DNA of 64,000 nucleotides from a virus, in IMG/VR virus record IMGVR_UViG_3300023174_000062; one strand, 5' to 3'. The notes below the pieces were generated by a model. The model saw only the letters and a list, made by a program, of their open reading frames with translations, did not search any database and was not told where the DNA came from. Of the stretch, positions 1-9,328 are shown in pieces. Position 1 is the stretch's first letter. Every line of letters begins with the position of its first letter. Made by a program: the position numbers and the translations under genes.

Positions 1-993
1 AAGATTATTGTTTCACATTTACACAAAGCAATCAAACCACTCAATCAATTACGTATGCTTGAAGATGCGACAGTTATCTATCGTATTTCAAGAGCACCAG
101 AACGTAGAATCTTTTACATTGACGTAGGTAACTTGCCTAAGATGAAGGCAGAACAGTACTTGCGTGAAATCATGCAGAAGTACAAAAACAAATTAGTGTA
201 TGATGCAACTACTGGTGAGATTCGTGATGATAGACGTTATCAAACAATGCTTGAAGACTTTTGGTTGCCACGTAGAGAAGGTGGTAAAGGTACTGAGATT
301 ACCACACTACAAGGTGGACAAAACTTAGGCGAGATTGATGACGTACTATATTTTCAAAAGAAAATGTTTAAGTCTTTGAATGTTCCAGTTTCACGTTTAG
401 AAGCAGACAACGGATTCTCTTTAGGTCGTGCTTCTGAAATCACTAGAGATGAATTGAAGTTTGGTAAGTTTGTTTCACGTTTACGTTTAAGATTTTCTAT
501 TCTATTTGATAAAATGCTCGAAACACAACTTCTTCTTAAAGGTGTTTGTACCCGTAAAGAGTGGGAACAAATGAAAGAAGAAATCAGTTATGACTATCAA
601 TCAGATGCACACTTTGCCGAATTAAAGAACGTTGAAATTATGAAAGAACGTTTATCTATTCTTTCAGACATTGATAACTATGTCGGCAAATACTTCTCCG
701 TTAACTATGTCAGAACAAACATTCTACGTCAGAGTGAAGACGATATTAAGCAGATGGACGAAGAGATGGAAGAAGACAAAGCAAAGATGGAAGAAGACGG
801 CATTTCAGCAGAAGATTTGCCGCCACCTCCACCTCCAGCACCTCCTCCACAACAACTTGTTGTCAGCGTAAAGAAGGAAGAAGCCGAAACTAGAGTAATT
901 GATGATGCAGACCAAAAAGAATTGGCTAAGTCTATGACTACACTTTTTGAACAAATGATTGAGAATTCTAAGAGTGACAAAGAATCTGAGTAA
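1..993 (+). CDS. gp20: portal vertex protein (5' end lies before the window)
   Basis: Frame open from base 1; T4 gp20 motifs YRISRAPERRIFYIDVGNLP, EDFWLPRREGGKGTEITTL, EITRDELKF. Confidence 0.97.
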   Translation, partial: KIIVSHLHKAIKPLNQLRMLEDATVIYRISRAPERRIFYIDVGNLPKMKAEQYLREIMQKYKNKLVYDATTGEIRDDRRYQTMLEDFWLPRREGGKGTEITTLQGGQNLGEIDDVLYFQKKMFKSLNVPVSRLEADNGFSLGRASEITRDELKFGKFVSRLRLRFSILFDKMLETQLLLKGVCTRKEWEQMKEEISYDYQSDAHFAELKNVEIMKERLSILSDIDNYVGKYFSVNYVRTNILRQSEDDIKQMDEEMEEDKAKMEEDGISAEDLPPPPPPAPPPQQLVVSVKKEEAETRVIDDADQKELAKSMTTLFEQMIENSKSDKESE

Positions 994-1010
994 CCAGAAT
1001 TCTTAAATTT

Positions 1011-1018
1011 TATAAATA
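1011..1018 (+). promoter_or_regulatory. T4-type late promoter TATAAATA
   Basis: Exact gp55 consensus, intergenic, followed by AAGGAG and ATG at 1038. Confidence 0.85.
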
Positions 1019-1037
1019 AAGAAAAAGGAGATATACT

Positions 1038-1265
1038 ATGGAAAATATTCAAACGGCAATTCAACACGCTTATGACGCAAAACCTTCTGAGTTCAAGTCA
1101 TCTATTTTAGATGCGATATCAGATAAAATGCAGAATCATTTAGACGTTAAGCGAATGGAACTTGCTAGTTCAATTTTCAAAGATGATAGCGAAGATCAAG
1201 ATTCAAATAACTTAGAAACAGAGTTTCAATCAAGTACAGAAGGAAACGTAGATGAAGACCTTTAA
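1038..1265 (+). CDS. small acidic prohead core protein (gp67-like position)
   Basis: Small acidic ORF directly after the portal with strong SD; call rests on synteny. Confidence 0.55.
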   Translation: MENIQTAIQHAYDAKPSEFKSSILDAISDKMQNHLDVKRMELASSIFKDDSEDQDSNNLETEFQSSTEGNVDEDL

Positions 1266-1758
1266 ATCTTTCATTCAATTGGATGAAATAGAACGAGTAA
1301 AGTATAAAGATGGCATCGCCAATAAAATGGCGGCCGTATCATATCTTGCACAGACTAAAGATCCAGGTGACTTAGAAAAAGTTGGACCTGAAGAAGTTGG
1401 TCCACATGACACCAAAAAAGGTTCTGGCAAGCGTCCTGCTGATAGACTTGACAATAAGCAACCATTCGGTGAAGCAGAAAGTCATCAGTCTAAGACTACA
1501 ATGAAGCACATCAACAATCCTAACGCCGCTGAAAAAAAAGCCGCTAAAGATATTAAGCCAGGAACGTCTGGATATAGAGATAGAATTGCAATGTTGAAAT
1601 CTGCACAGGCACGTGGTGCTTTGAAAAAAGAAGACGTTAATTTACTTTCTAATCTATACGATCAGTTAGATGAGAACAATCAAGAAATCTTTTTGAATCA
1701 GTTGGAAGAAGATGCTGAAGTACTTTTAGCATTTGCAAAAACTATAGCGGAAGAATAA
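1252..1758 (+). CDS. putative internal head protein with capsid-targeting-like N-terminus
   Basis: N-terminus MKTFKSFIQLDE resembles the T4 internal-protein CTS; in head operon. Confidence 0.55.
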   Translation: MKTFKSFIQLDEIERVKYKDGIANKMAAVSYLAQTKDPGDLEKVGPEEVGPHDTKKGSGKRPADRLDNKQPFGEAESHQSKTTMKHINNPNAAEKKAAKDIKPGTSGYRDRIAMLKSAQARGALKKEDVNLLSNLYDQLDENNQEIFLNQLEEDAEVLLAFAKTIAEE

Positions 1759-1759
1759 A

Positions 1760-2230
1760 ATGGCAGATACCGTAACCTCACAAACATTAAAAGACCATGC
1801 ATCAGCATGGGCAGTTAAGTTGACAAATATTTCTGATGGCACTGGTGAAACCAATGTCACTAAAGTTAACGCAAATACTTTGATTGCATCGAATGGTGAC
1901 GGTAGCACACGACTATCAATCACAAAATTATTTTGGAACGTAGCAAGAGGTACTTCATCATTGCAAGACCCTAGAGTTACTTTATTTTGGGCTAACTCAA
2001 TTGCTGGTGGCGCAAACACAACTATTGCAACATTAACTGGATCGGGCGTTTTAGATTTGACAACAGGCCTACAAGCACCATTCACAAACAATGCACCAAA
2101 CACAGCAGGTAATATTTTATTATCTACCACAGGCTTTACTGCATCAGCCGCATACACATTAGTTCTTGAAGGTAAAAAGACTGCCGGATATTCTAGCCGT
2201 GAAACTACCGATGATGGTATAAGTCCATAA
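1760..2230 (+). CDS. hypothetical virion structural protein
   Basis: T/G/A/N-rich beta-type composition; head operon. Confidence 0.5.
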   Translation: MADTVTSQTLKDHASAWAVKLTNISDGTGETNVTKVNANTLIASNGDGSTRLSITKLFWNVARGTSSLQDPRVTLFWANSIAGGANTTIATLTGSGVLDLTTGLQAPFTNNAPNTAGNILLSTTGFTASAAYTLVLEGKKTAGYSSRETTDDGISP

Positions 2231-2231
2231 T

Positions 2232-2555
2232 ATGTTGAAGTTTAAAGATTTTGTGTCTATGTCTAACGAACAGTTAGACGAGGCTAAACTTGTGAAAGTA
2301 AACAGAATACGTAATGGCGTGGTCCAACGCAGACACGCAGTATCTGCTACTCCTGGATACAAAATTATTGGAGGAAAACTTGTAAGAATGTCTTCACAAG
2401 AAAAAATGCATCGTAGAATTGCTCAACGTAAAGCCGCAATGAAAAGAAGACCAAAACTTGCAGTCGCTTTACGTAAGAGAGCAAAGTCAATTAAGAAAAG
2501 ATTTTCAACTGGCATCGAACGCAAAGCACCAGTAAATCAACAACAAAACGCATGA
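2232..2555 (+). CDS. basic prohead core protein (gp68-like)
   Basis: K/R-rich, immediately upstream of gp21; MLKFKDF...LDE/A N-terminus. Confidence 0.55.
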   Translation: MLKFKDFVSMSNEQLDEAKLVKVNRIRNGVVQRRHAVSATPGYKIIGGKLVRMSSQEKMHRRIAQRKAAMKRRPKLAVALRKRAKSIKKRFSTGIERKAPVNQQQNA

Positions 2556-2562
2556 GGCGAAA

Positions 2563-3213
2563 ATGAAATTAATCACAGAAATTAACGAACAAGTAAATAT
2601 CATTTCCGAAGCAAACGAAGCGGGCGGAAAAAGTTTTTACATTGAAGGCGTCTTCATGCAAGCCGAACAACAAAACCGAAATGGTAGAATGTATCCATTA
2701 GCAGTTTTGCAAAAAGAAACTGAACGATACGTTATTGAAAGCGTAATGAAGAATCGTGCTTATGGAGAATTAGGGCATCCAGATGGTCCTTCTATTAACT
2801 TAGAACGTGTATCACACATTACTAAGAGTTTGCGTCAAGATGGAAACAACTTCATCGGTAAAGCAAAGATTATGGAAACTCCATATGGTAATATTGTAAA
2901 GAATTTGATGACTGAAGGCGCAACTCTTGGAGTATCTACAAGAGGTATGGGAAGCCTTACAGAAGGTAAAAACGGAGTTAAAATAGTCGGCAACGACTTT
3001 TATCTTGCGACTTGTGCGGACATTGTAGCAGACCCTTCAGCACCAGATGCATATGTACGTGGTATTATGGAAAACAAAGAGTGGGTTTGGGATAACGGCG
3101 TCATTAGAGAAATAGACGTTCAGAAACAAAGAACTTTTATTGAGAAATCGTCTAAAAAAGATTTAGAAGAAAACATGATAAAAGTCTTCAAAGATTTCAT
3201 CTCCAAACTATAA
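2563..3213 (+). CDS. gp21: prohead protease
   Basis: MKLITE start, NRNGRMYP, GELGHP, GVSTRGMGSL, DIVADPSAPDA. Confidence 0.97.
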   Translation: MKLITEINEQVNIISEANEAGGKSFYIEGVFMQAEQQNRNGRMYPLAVLQKETERYVIESVMKNRAYGELGHPDGPSINLERVSHITKSLRQDGNNFIGKAKIMETPYGNIVKNLMTEGATLGVSTRGMGSLTEGKNGVKIVGNDFYLATCADIVADPSAPDAYVRGIMENKEWVWDNGVIREIDVQKQRTFIEKSSKKDLEENMIKVFKDFISKL

Positions 3214-3218
3214 TTTTG

Positions 3219-3226
3219 TATAAATA
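3219..3226 (+). promoter_or_regulatory. late promoter TATAAATA
   Basis: Exact consensus upstream of gp22. Confidence 0.85.
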
Positions 3227-3269
3227 CATGTACTAATAAATTTTAAATATCATACAAAGGAGACCTATT

Positions 3270-4145
3270 ATGACTGACACAATTAAGAAGGATGATGAGT
3301 TGCTCGAAGGAGAACTTCCACCTGCATTAAAAGCAGCCATCGAAAAGAAAAAATCTAAAGAAGTGGAAATGGACGATGAAGAAGGCGATGACAAAGAAGA
3401 AATGAAAGAGAAGAAAAAAGTCAAAGTTAAAGAAGACATTGATGCAATTTTCTCTGGAGAATCCCTTTCTGAAGAATTCAAAACAAACGCAAAAGCAATC
3501 TTTGAAGCGGCTATTACAGCCAAAGTCGAAGAAGCAAAAACATCTTTAGAAGAAGAATATGCAACAAAACTCGAAACAGAAGTTGCTTCTATCAATGAGA
3601 ATTTAGTCACTAAAGTTGATGAGTACTTAGAGTACGTTGTTAGCGAGTGGATGGAAGAGAACAAACTTGCCGTTGAAAAAGGTATTAAAGCCGAATTGGC
3701 TGAAGACTTTATGATCGGTCTTAAGAATTTGTTCACAGAACATTATGTTGACATTCCAGAAGACAAAGTTAATGTTGTTGAACAATTTGCAGAACAAGTT
3801 GAAGTGCTTGAGTCTGAATTAGACAAAGCAGTTACAGAAAATGCAAATTTAAACGCACAGATTAGTGTTTACAAAAAAGAACAAGTTGTTAGTGAAGTTT
3901 CAGAAGGTCTTAGCGAAGTTCAATCTGCAAAATTAAAATCTCTTGCAGAAGGTATTGAATTTGTTTCTGAACAAGACTACAAAGAAAAACTTCTTTTAAC
4001 TAAGAAGAAATATTTTGATGAATCGACAAAAGATACTGTCAAAAAAGCGGCTCCAATGGACGATGATGTTTCTACTATCGAAGAATCATTTACTCCAGTA
4101 ATGAACCATTATGTACAAAATATTTCTAGAACACTCAAGAAATAA
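3270..4145 (+). CDS. gp22: prohead core scaffold protein
   Basis: Acidic coiled coil with LSEEFK, IFEAA, YLEYVVSEWMEEN; lies between gp21 and gp23. Confidence 0.95.
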   Translation: MTDTIKKDDELLEGELPPALKAAIEKKKSKEVEMDDEEGDDKEEMKEKKKVKVKEDIDAIFSGESLSEEFKTNAKAIFEAAITAKVEEAKTSLEEEYATKLETEVASINENLVTKVDEYLEYVVSEWMEENKLAVEKGIKAELAEDFMIGLKNLFTEHYVDIPEDKVNVVEQFAEQVEVLESELDKAVTENANLNAQISVYKKEQVVSEVSEGLSEVQSAKLKSLAEGIEFVSEQDYKEKLLLTKKKYFDESTKDTVKKAAPMDDDVSTIEESFTPVMNHYVQNISRTLKK

Positions 4146-4150
4146 GTTTT

Positions 4151-4158
4151 TATAAATA
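4151..4158 (+). promoter_or_regulatory. late promoter TATAAATA
   Basis: Exact consensus upstream of gp23. Confidence 0.9.
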
Positions 4159-4186
4159 AATTAAACAATACTCAAAGGAGAAAAAC

Positions 4187-5530
4187 ATGAGCGTAGAAAA
4201 TCTTTTAAAAAAATGGGCACCAGTTCTTGACCATGGCGATCTAGCCGCAATCAAGGATTCCCACAAGCGTTCCGTAACGGCGCAACTTCTTGAGAACCAA
4301 GAACGTGCTTGCCGTGAAGACGCACAGGGTTCTGGTGGTTACCGCAACCAAACATCGTTGCTTTCTGAAGCCGCACCAACTAACGCAATGGGCGCATCTT
4401 CATCTACAGCGGCCGATGGCGCAATCGACATTTATGATCCAGTCTTAATCAGTTTGGTTCGCCGTTCTGCACCTAACTTAATCGCATACGACATTTGCGG
4501 TGTTCAGCCAATGACAGGTCCAACAGGCTTGATCTTTGCAATGCGTTCACGCTATGCGACACAAGGCGGTACAGAAGCATTGTTCAACGAAGCAAACACA
4601 GCATTCTCTTCTGCTGGTAGCGGTTATACAACACAATCACAAACAGGTTCTTCACCTGCTGACTTATCTGCTGGTACAGAGTACACACGTGGAACTGGTA
4701 TGACTACAGCACTCGCTGAAGCATTAGGTGACGCCGCAGGTAATGCATTCCAAGAGATGGCATTCTCCATCGAAAAGATTGCTGTTACTGCTAAGAGCCG
4801 TGCTTTGAAAGCAGAATACACAATGGAACTTGCACAAGACTTGAAAGCAGTCCATGGTTTGGATGCTGAACAAGAATTGGCTAACATTCTTTCTACAGAA
4901 ATCTTAGCAGAAATTAACCGTGAAGTTGTTCGTACAATTAACTTGACTGCTACAGTTGGCGCACAAGAAAACGTTACAACTGCTGGTACATTCAACCTTG
5001 ACGTTGATGCTAACGGTCGTTGGTCTGTTGAGAAATTCAAAGGCTTGATGTTCCAATTGGAGCGTGAGTCTAATGCGATTGCTAAAGCAACTCGCCGTGG
5101 TAAAGGTAACGTGCTTATCTGTTCTTCAGACGTAGCATCTGCATTGCAAATGGCTGGTGTTCTTGATTACACTCCAGCACTTGCAAACAACTTGCAAGTT
5201 GATGACACAGGTAACACATTCGCTGGTGTATTGAATGGTCGTATCAAGGTTTACATCGATCCATATTTCGCCGCAACATCTGGTACACACTACGCAACAA
5301 TCGGTTACAAAGGCACTTCTGCTTTTGACGCTGGTTTGTTCTACTGCCCATACGTTCCATTGCAAATGGTTCGTGCAGTTGGTCAAGACACATTCCAACC
5401 AAAGATCGGCTTCAAGACACGTTACGGTATGGTCGCAAACCCATTCGCAACATCTGCCGCTGATGGTACATTGTCTTTCGCTAACAAGAACATCTACTAT
5501 CGTAGAATCGCAATTACTAACTTGATGTAA
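4187..5530 (+). CDS. gp23: major capsid protein
   Basis: KWAPVL, LLENQE, GVQPMTGPTGLIFAMR, SRALKAEYTMELAQDLKAVHGLDAE, FQPKIGFKTRYG. Confidence 0.99.
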   Translation: MSVENLLKKWAPVLDHGDLAAIKDSHKRSVTAQLLENQERACREDAQGSGGYRNQTSLLSEAAPTNAMGASSSTAADGAIDIYDPVLISLVRRSAPNLIAYDICGVQPMTGPTGLIFAMRSRYATQGGTEALFNEANTAFSSAGSGYTTQSQTGSSPADLSAGTEYTRGTGMTTALAEALGDAAGNAFQEMAFSIEKIAVTAKSRALKAEYTMELAQDLKAVHGLDAEQELANILSTEILAEINREVVRTINLTATVGAQENVTTAGTFNLDVDANGRWSVEKFKGLMFQLERESNAIAKATRRGKGNVLICSSDVASALQMAGVLDYTPALANNLQVDDTGNTFAGVLNGRIKVYIDPYFAATSGTHYATIGYKGTSAFDAGLFYCPYVPLQMVRAVGQDTFQPKIGFKTRYGMVANPFATSAADGTLSFANKNIYYRRIAITNLM

Positions 5531-5562
5531 TTGATTAAGCCGAGATAAACATCGGTGTTAAG

Positions 5563-5589
5563 AAGAGGACCTTAGGGTCCTCTTTTTTT
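5563..5589 (+). terminator. Rho-independent terminator after gp23
   Basis: AAGAGGACC-TTAG-GGTCCTCTT followed by T run. Confidence 0.9.
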
Positions 5590-5594
5590 GTCTG

Positions 5595-5602
5595 TATAAA
5601 TA
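5595..5602 (+). promoter_or_regulatory. late promoter TATAAATA
   Basis: Exact consensus upstream of gp3. Confidence 0.85.
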
Positions 5603-5621
5603 TAAGACAATAGGAGATAAC

Positions 5622-6137
5622 ATGGCGACACTATCAACAGTACCAACAAATAAAAGTTTTCTTTCCAATAACAAATTCGAGTTTGTTCTTGGTCGAATTC
5701 CTAACTTCACTTTTTTTGTGCAAGGCGTAAACTTACCTGGAATGTCTCTTCAGTCTAGTTCAATCAATACTCCATTCTCTGCTGTTAGTCTTCCTGGAAA
5801 TCAAATTACATTTGGAACACTTTCATTGTCATTCATTGTAGATGAAGACATGCAATCGTGGTATGAGTTATACAATTGGATTATTCAATTAGGTAATCCA
5901 AAAGGATACAATAAAATTGGAAACTTAACAGGACAACCAGGCTCTGTTACAAGCATAACATCTGATGCAACATTAATTTTAAAATCGAATGCAAACAATC
6001 CAAACTTTCAATTTAATTTCTTTGATGTGTATCCTACCGATTTAGGTGAAATGTCTTTCACCACTACAGACAATCAAGAGTTTGTTACTTCCACAGCAAC
6101 GTTTAACTATGGTTTCTATGAAGCAGTAAGAATTTGA
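5622..6137 (+). CDS. gp3: tail completion / tube terminator protein
   Basis: FFVQGVNLPG, FIVDEDM..WYELYNW, SDATL, FFDVYPTDL; usual position after gp23 in aquatic T4-like phages. Confidence 0.85.
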   Translation: MATLSTVPTNKSFLSNNKFEFVLGRIPNFTFFVQGVNLPGMSLQSSSINTPFSAVSLPGNQITFGTLSLSFIVDEDMQSWYELYNWIIQLGNPKGYNKIGNLTGQPGSVTSITSDATLILKSNANNPNFQFNFFDVYPTDLGEMSFTTTDNQEFVTSTATFNYGFYEAVRI

Positions 6138-6162
6138 CATTTGCCTAGGAATGTGTTATTAT
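6134..6162 (+). promoter_or_regulatory. sigma70-type early promoter
   Basis: TTGACA-N17-TATTAT upstream of uvsY. Confidence 0.7.
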
Positions 6163-6186
6163 GTTTAGATTGACTTGATATGAGGA

Positions 6187-6630
6187 TTGAATATGACGTT
6201 AGACCAGATGATGGAAGAGTGGAGACTAGACGCTACAGTTGACTCCACAGAATTAGGTATCGCATCTTTAAAGATACCAGAACTGCACAGCAAATATCTC
6301 AAAATTTATTTTGACGAAAGACGCAAACTCAAAGCACTTGAGTTTCAAAGCAAAGATTTATCTTTGAAGAAGTATGAGTATTACAATGGAAAACTTTCAC
6401 AAGAAGAACTTGACGAACTCAATTGGGAGCCATTCGTTAAGCGTCTGATGAAAAATGAAGTTGATATGTATCTTGACTCCGACAAAGATATTATACACAA
6501 CAATGTTCGCATAATCAATCAAAAAGAAAAGTTAGCGTTTTTGGAAGAGGTTATTAAAAATATCAACCAACGCAATTTTCAGATTAAGAACGCTATAGAA
6601 TGGAAGAAGTTTACGCAAGGTGTACAATAA
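6187..6630 (+). CDS. uvsY: recombination mediator UvsY
   Basis: IPELHSKYL, YEYYNGK, YLDSDKD, RNFQIKNAIEW. Confidence 0.92.
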   Translation: MNMTLDQMMEEWRLDATVDSTELGIASLKIPELHSKYLKIYFDERRKLKALEFQSKDLSLKKYEYYNGKLSQEELDELNWEPFVKRLMKNEVDMYLDSDKDIIHNNVRIINQKEKLAFLEEVIKNINQRNFQIKNAIEWKKFTQGVQ

Positions 6631-8080
6631 ACTCTATATCTCAAAAGTAGATGAAGTCTACGCACACATCAAGTGTGAGAACTCCGATGCAATGGAGTTG
6701 AATGAATACTTCACGTTCTACGTTCCCGGTTACAAATTCATGCCTGCATTTAGAAACAAAGTGTGGGATGGAAAAATACGTCTATTCAATTCTCAGAACA
6801 GACAAATCTATTATGGCTTGATTCCATACTTAGAGAAGTTTGCTAAAGAACGTGACTACGTAATTGAATTTGATGAATCAGTAGAAACGTATGATGAATT
6901 TTCTGTAGCAGAAGCAAAAGATTTTATCGATACTCTAGGTGTACCATTTGAAGTTAGAGACTATCAAATAGATGCATTCATTCATGCAGTACGTAGCAGA
7001 AGAAACTTGCTAGTATCACCCACGGCATCTGGTAAGTCTCTTATCATATATCTCATTGCGAGATATTTAAATTGCAAGACTCTTATCATTGTTCCCACTA
7101 TCTCACTTGTCGCACAGTTGTATAAAGACTTTGAAGACTATGGATTCGAGAGTGATAAATATATACACCAGATTATGTCAGGTGCAAGCAAAGAAACTGA
7201 TTGCCCCATTGTCATATCTACATGGCAGTCAATTTACAAGATGCCAAAAGAATGGTTCGAAGAATTTGAATTAGTTGTTGGAGATGAAGCGCATTTGTTT
7301 AAAGCAAAGTCGCTGATATCTATCTTAACAAAACTAACAGAATGCAAGTATAGATTTGGTCTGACAGGTACGCTAGATGGCACACAGACACACAGATTAG
7401 TCTTAGAAGGTTTGTTCGGTAAAGTCAAACAGATTACAACAACAAAAGAATTGATTGACTCTGGACGATTAGCGAAGTTTAGAATTAAAGCATTGGTGCT
7501 TAAGCACAACGAAGAATCTTGTAAGTTGGGTAAGAATTTTAAATATCAAGATGAGATAAATTATATTATAGGTAAGCCGTCACGTAATAGATTCATTAGA
7601 AATTTAACTATGAGTTTAGAAGGTAACACTCTTCTACTGTATCAGTTCGTTGACAAGCACGGCAGAATATTGTATAATATGCTTAAGGACGCAGTAGAAG
7701 AAAATAGACCTGTATTCTTCATTCATGGTGCAGTTGGTGTAGATGAAAGAGAAGAAGTTCGTAGAATTACTGAAGAAGAAGAAAATGCAATTATCGTAGC
7801 ATCATACGGAACATTCTCTACTGGCATTAACATTCGTAATCTGCACAATGTTATTTTTGCTTCACCAAGCAAGAGTAAGATTAGAACACTACAGTCTATT
7901 GGTCGAGGATTGCGTTTGGGTGATAACAAGAAAGAAGCCATTCTATATGACATATCGGATGACATGACATATAAGAGTAGGAAGAATTTTACATTGGAAC
8001 ATTTTATCGAACGAATGAAAATTTATAATGATGAGAAGTTTGAATATAAAATTTACACGTTAAATTTAAAGGAAGAATAA
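6620..8080 (+). CDS. uvsW: SF2 helicase UvsW
   Basis: WDGKIRLF, RDYQ, SPTASGKS, DEAH, GLTGT, QSIGRGLR. Confidence 0.97.
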   Translation: MYNKLYISKVDEVYAHIKCENSDAMELNEYFTFYVPGYKFMPAFRNKVWDGKIRLFNSQNRQIYYGLIPYLEKFAKERDYVIEFDESVETYDEFSVAEAKDFIDTLGVPFEVRDYQIDAFIHAVRSRRNLLVSPTASGKSLIIYLIARYLNCKTLIIVPTISLVAQLYKDFEDYGFESDKYIHQIMSGASKETDCPIVISTWQSIYKMPKEWFEEFELVVGDEAHLFKAKSLISILTKLTECKYRFGLTGTLDGTQTHRLVLEGLFGKVKQITTTKELIDSGRLAKFRIKALVLKHNEESCKLGKNFKYQDEINYIIGKPSRNRFIRNLTMSLEGNTLLLYQFVDKHGRILYNMLKDAVEENRPVFFIHGAVGVDEREEVRRITEEEENAIIVASYGTFSTGINIRNLHNVIFASPSKSKIRTLQSIGRGLRLGDNKKEAILYDISDDMTYKSRKNFTLEHFIERMKIYNDEKFEYKIYTLNLKEE

Positions 8081-8475
8081 TGATTTGCAAGATACTCAAA
8101 TTGTCTAACGGCGATACATTGGTTGGAAATGTCGTTGAAGAAACTAAAGGCTTTATTGAAGTTCATCGACCAATGAGAGTTGTTGTTCTACCTAAAGGCG
8201 AACACATGTATAGTTTATCTCTTACGAAGTGGGATCCACTTATGAATTTTAGCATCCCTGCTAGAATCTTTAAACAGACTATTGTTTCCGTATCAGAGGC
8301 TACTACAGATGTTATTAGAATTTATGGGCAAGCGTATACAGAATTTGATGATGAGTCTGAAATTGAAGATGACAATGAAGTCGAATCAGAAAATAGAATT
8401 AATGATATCAAAGAAGAGATTGAGAAGATGAGAGAGGCATTGTCTTCATCATCTAACAATCATATATTACATTAA
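8080..8475 (+). CDS. conserved T4-like hypothetical protein (Sm-like KLxxGD/E family)
   Basis: KILKLSNGDTLVG; between uvsW and gp55; similar N-terminus to 31174..31476. Confidence 0.6.
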   Translation: MICKILKLSNGDTLVGNVVEETKGFIEVHRPMRVVVLPKGEHMYSLSLTKWDPLMNFSIPARIFKQTIVSVSEATTDVIRIYGQAYTEFDDESEIEDDNEVESENRINDIKEEIEKMREALSSSSNNHILH

Positions 8476-8499
8476 GTCTTTATCAAACAGGACACAGCA

Positions 8500-8528
8500 A
8501 TGATACCTTATTGTCAAGTGTTTGTCAA
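8500..8528 (-). promoter_or_regulatory. antisense sigma70-type promoter
   Basis: Minus strand reads TTGACA(8528-8523)-N17-TATCAT(8505-8500). Confidence 0.55.
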
Positions 8529-8544
8529 CTAACTGAGGTGAAAC

Positions 8545-9168
8545 ATGAGCATTACTACCACTATCGTGAAAACAAAAGAAAAGCATTACGTAAACAACGA
8601 ACATTTCCTAGAAGAGATGATTGTATTCCGTGCGGCTGTTAAAGAAGCAGAAGCAACAAACGGCGAACGCCCAAGAGTACCCGAGTACATTGGTGAATGC
8701 TTGTTTAAAATTGCAACGCACTTGGCACGTAAACCAAACTTTGCAAACTATACATTCAAAGAAGATATGGTATCTGATGGTATTGAAAATTGTCTACTGT
8801 ACATTGATAACTTTGATCCAGAGAAGTCTAAAAATCCATTTGCATACTTCACTCAAATCATTTACTATGCATTCTTGCGAAGAATTCAAAAAGAGAAAAA
8901 ACATTTATACATAAAATATAAGAGCATGGACAATCTTATTATTTCTGCGCTTGTTGAAAACAATGGCGAAGAGTATGTGACTGCTGGACTTAATGGTGTG
9001 CTACATGATGCATACAGCGAAGAATTCATTAGCGATTTCATTAATGCATTTGAAGCAAACAAAGAAAAGAAAGTTGCCGCAGCCAAGCCTAGGAAGAAAA
9101 AGAAAAAAACTGTATTTGATGAATTTTTGGAGAACGATGATGCAGACACCAATACCAGCCCAACTTGA
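8545..9168 (+). CDS. gp55: late-transcription sigma factor
   Basis: HYVNN, YIGECLFKIA, PNFANYTFKEDMVSDGIENC, NPFAYFTQIIYYAFLRRIQKEKK. Confidence 0.97.
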   Translation: MSITTTIVKTKEKHYVNNEHFLEEMIVFRAAVKEAEATNGERPRVPEYIGECLFKIATHLARKPNFANYTFKEDMVSDGIENCLLYIDNFDPEKSKNPFAYFTQIIYYAFLRRIQKEKKHLYIKYKSMDNLIISALVENNGEEYVTAGLNGVLHDAYSEEFISDFINAFEANKEKKVAAAKPRKKKKKTVFDEFLENDDADTNTSPT

Positions 9169-9328
9169 AAACTGGCTAAAGATTGTTAACGACAAAAGAT
9201 CACCACAAAATCTCAAAGAAACTGCCGTCTTGCATTTGACTGAGATTCGTGCTATAATCGACAAGTCTTTAGGTACAACAATGAAGAAGCAAGGGCAACG
9301 CAAGTATGAGAATATGTCTACTAGGTGA
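9137..9328 (+). CDS. hypothetical protein
   Basis: GGAG SD at 9129 before ATG 9137; bridges gp55 and gp47. Confidence 0.6.
   Translation: MMQTPIPAQLENWLKIVNDKRSPQNLKETAVLHLTEIRAIIDKSLGTTMKKQGQRKYENMSTR
9230..9258 (+). promoter_or_regulatory. sigma70-type promoter for gp47
   Basis: TTGCAT-N17-TATAAT with extended -10 TG. Confidence 0.6.

Noticed and set aside
820-850. Poly-proline tract in the portal C-terminus
   Set aside because: Low-complexity variable tail typical of portal C-termini; no evidence of separate function
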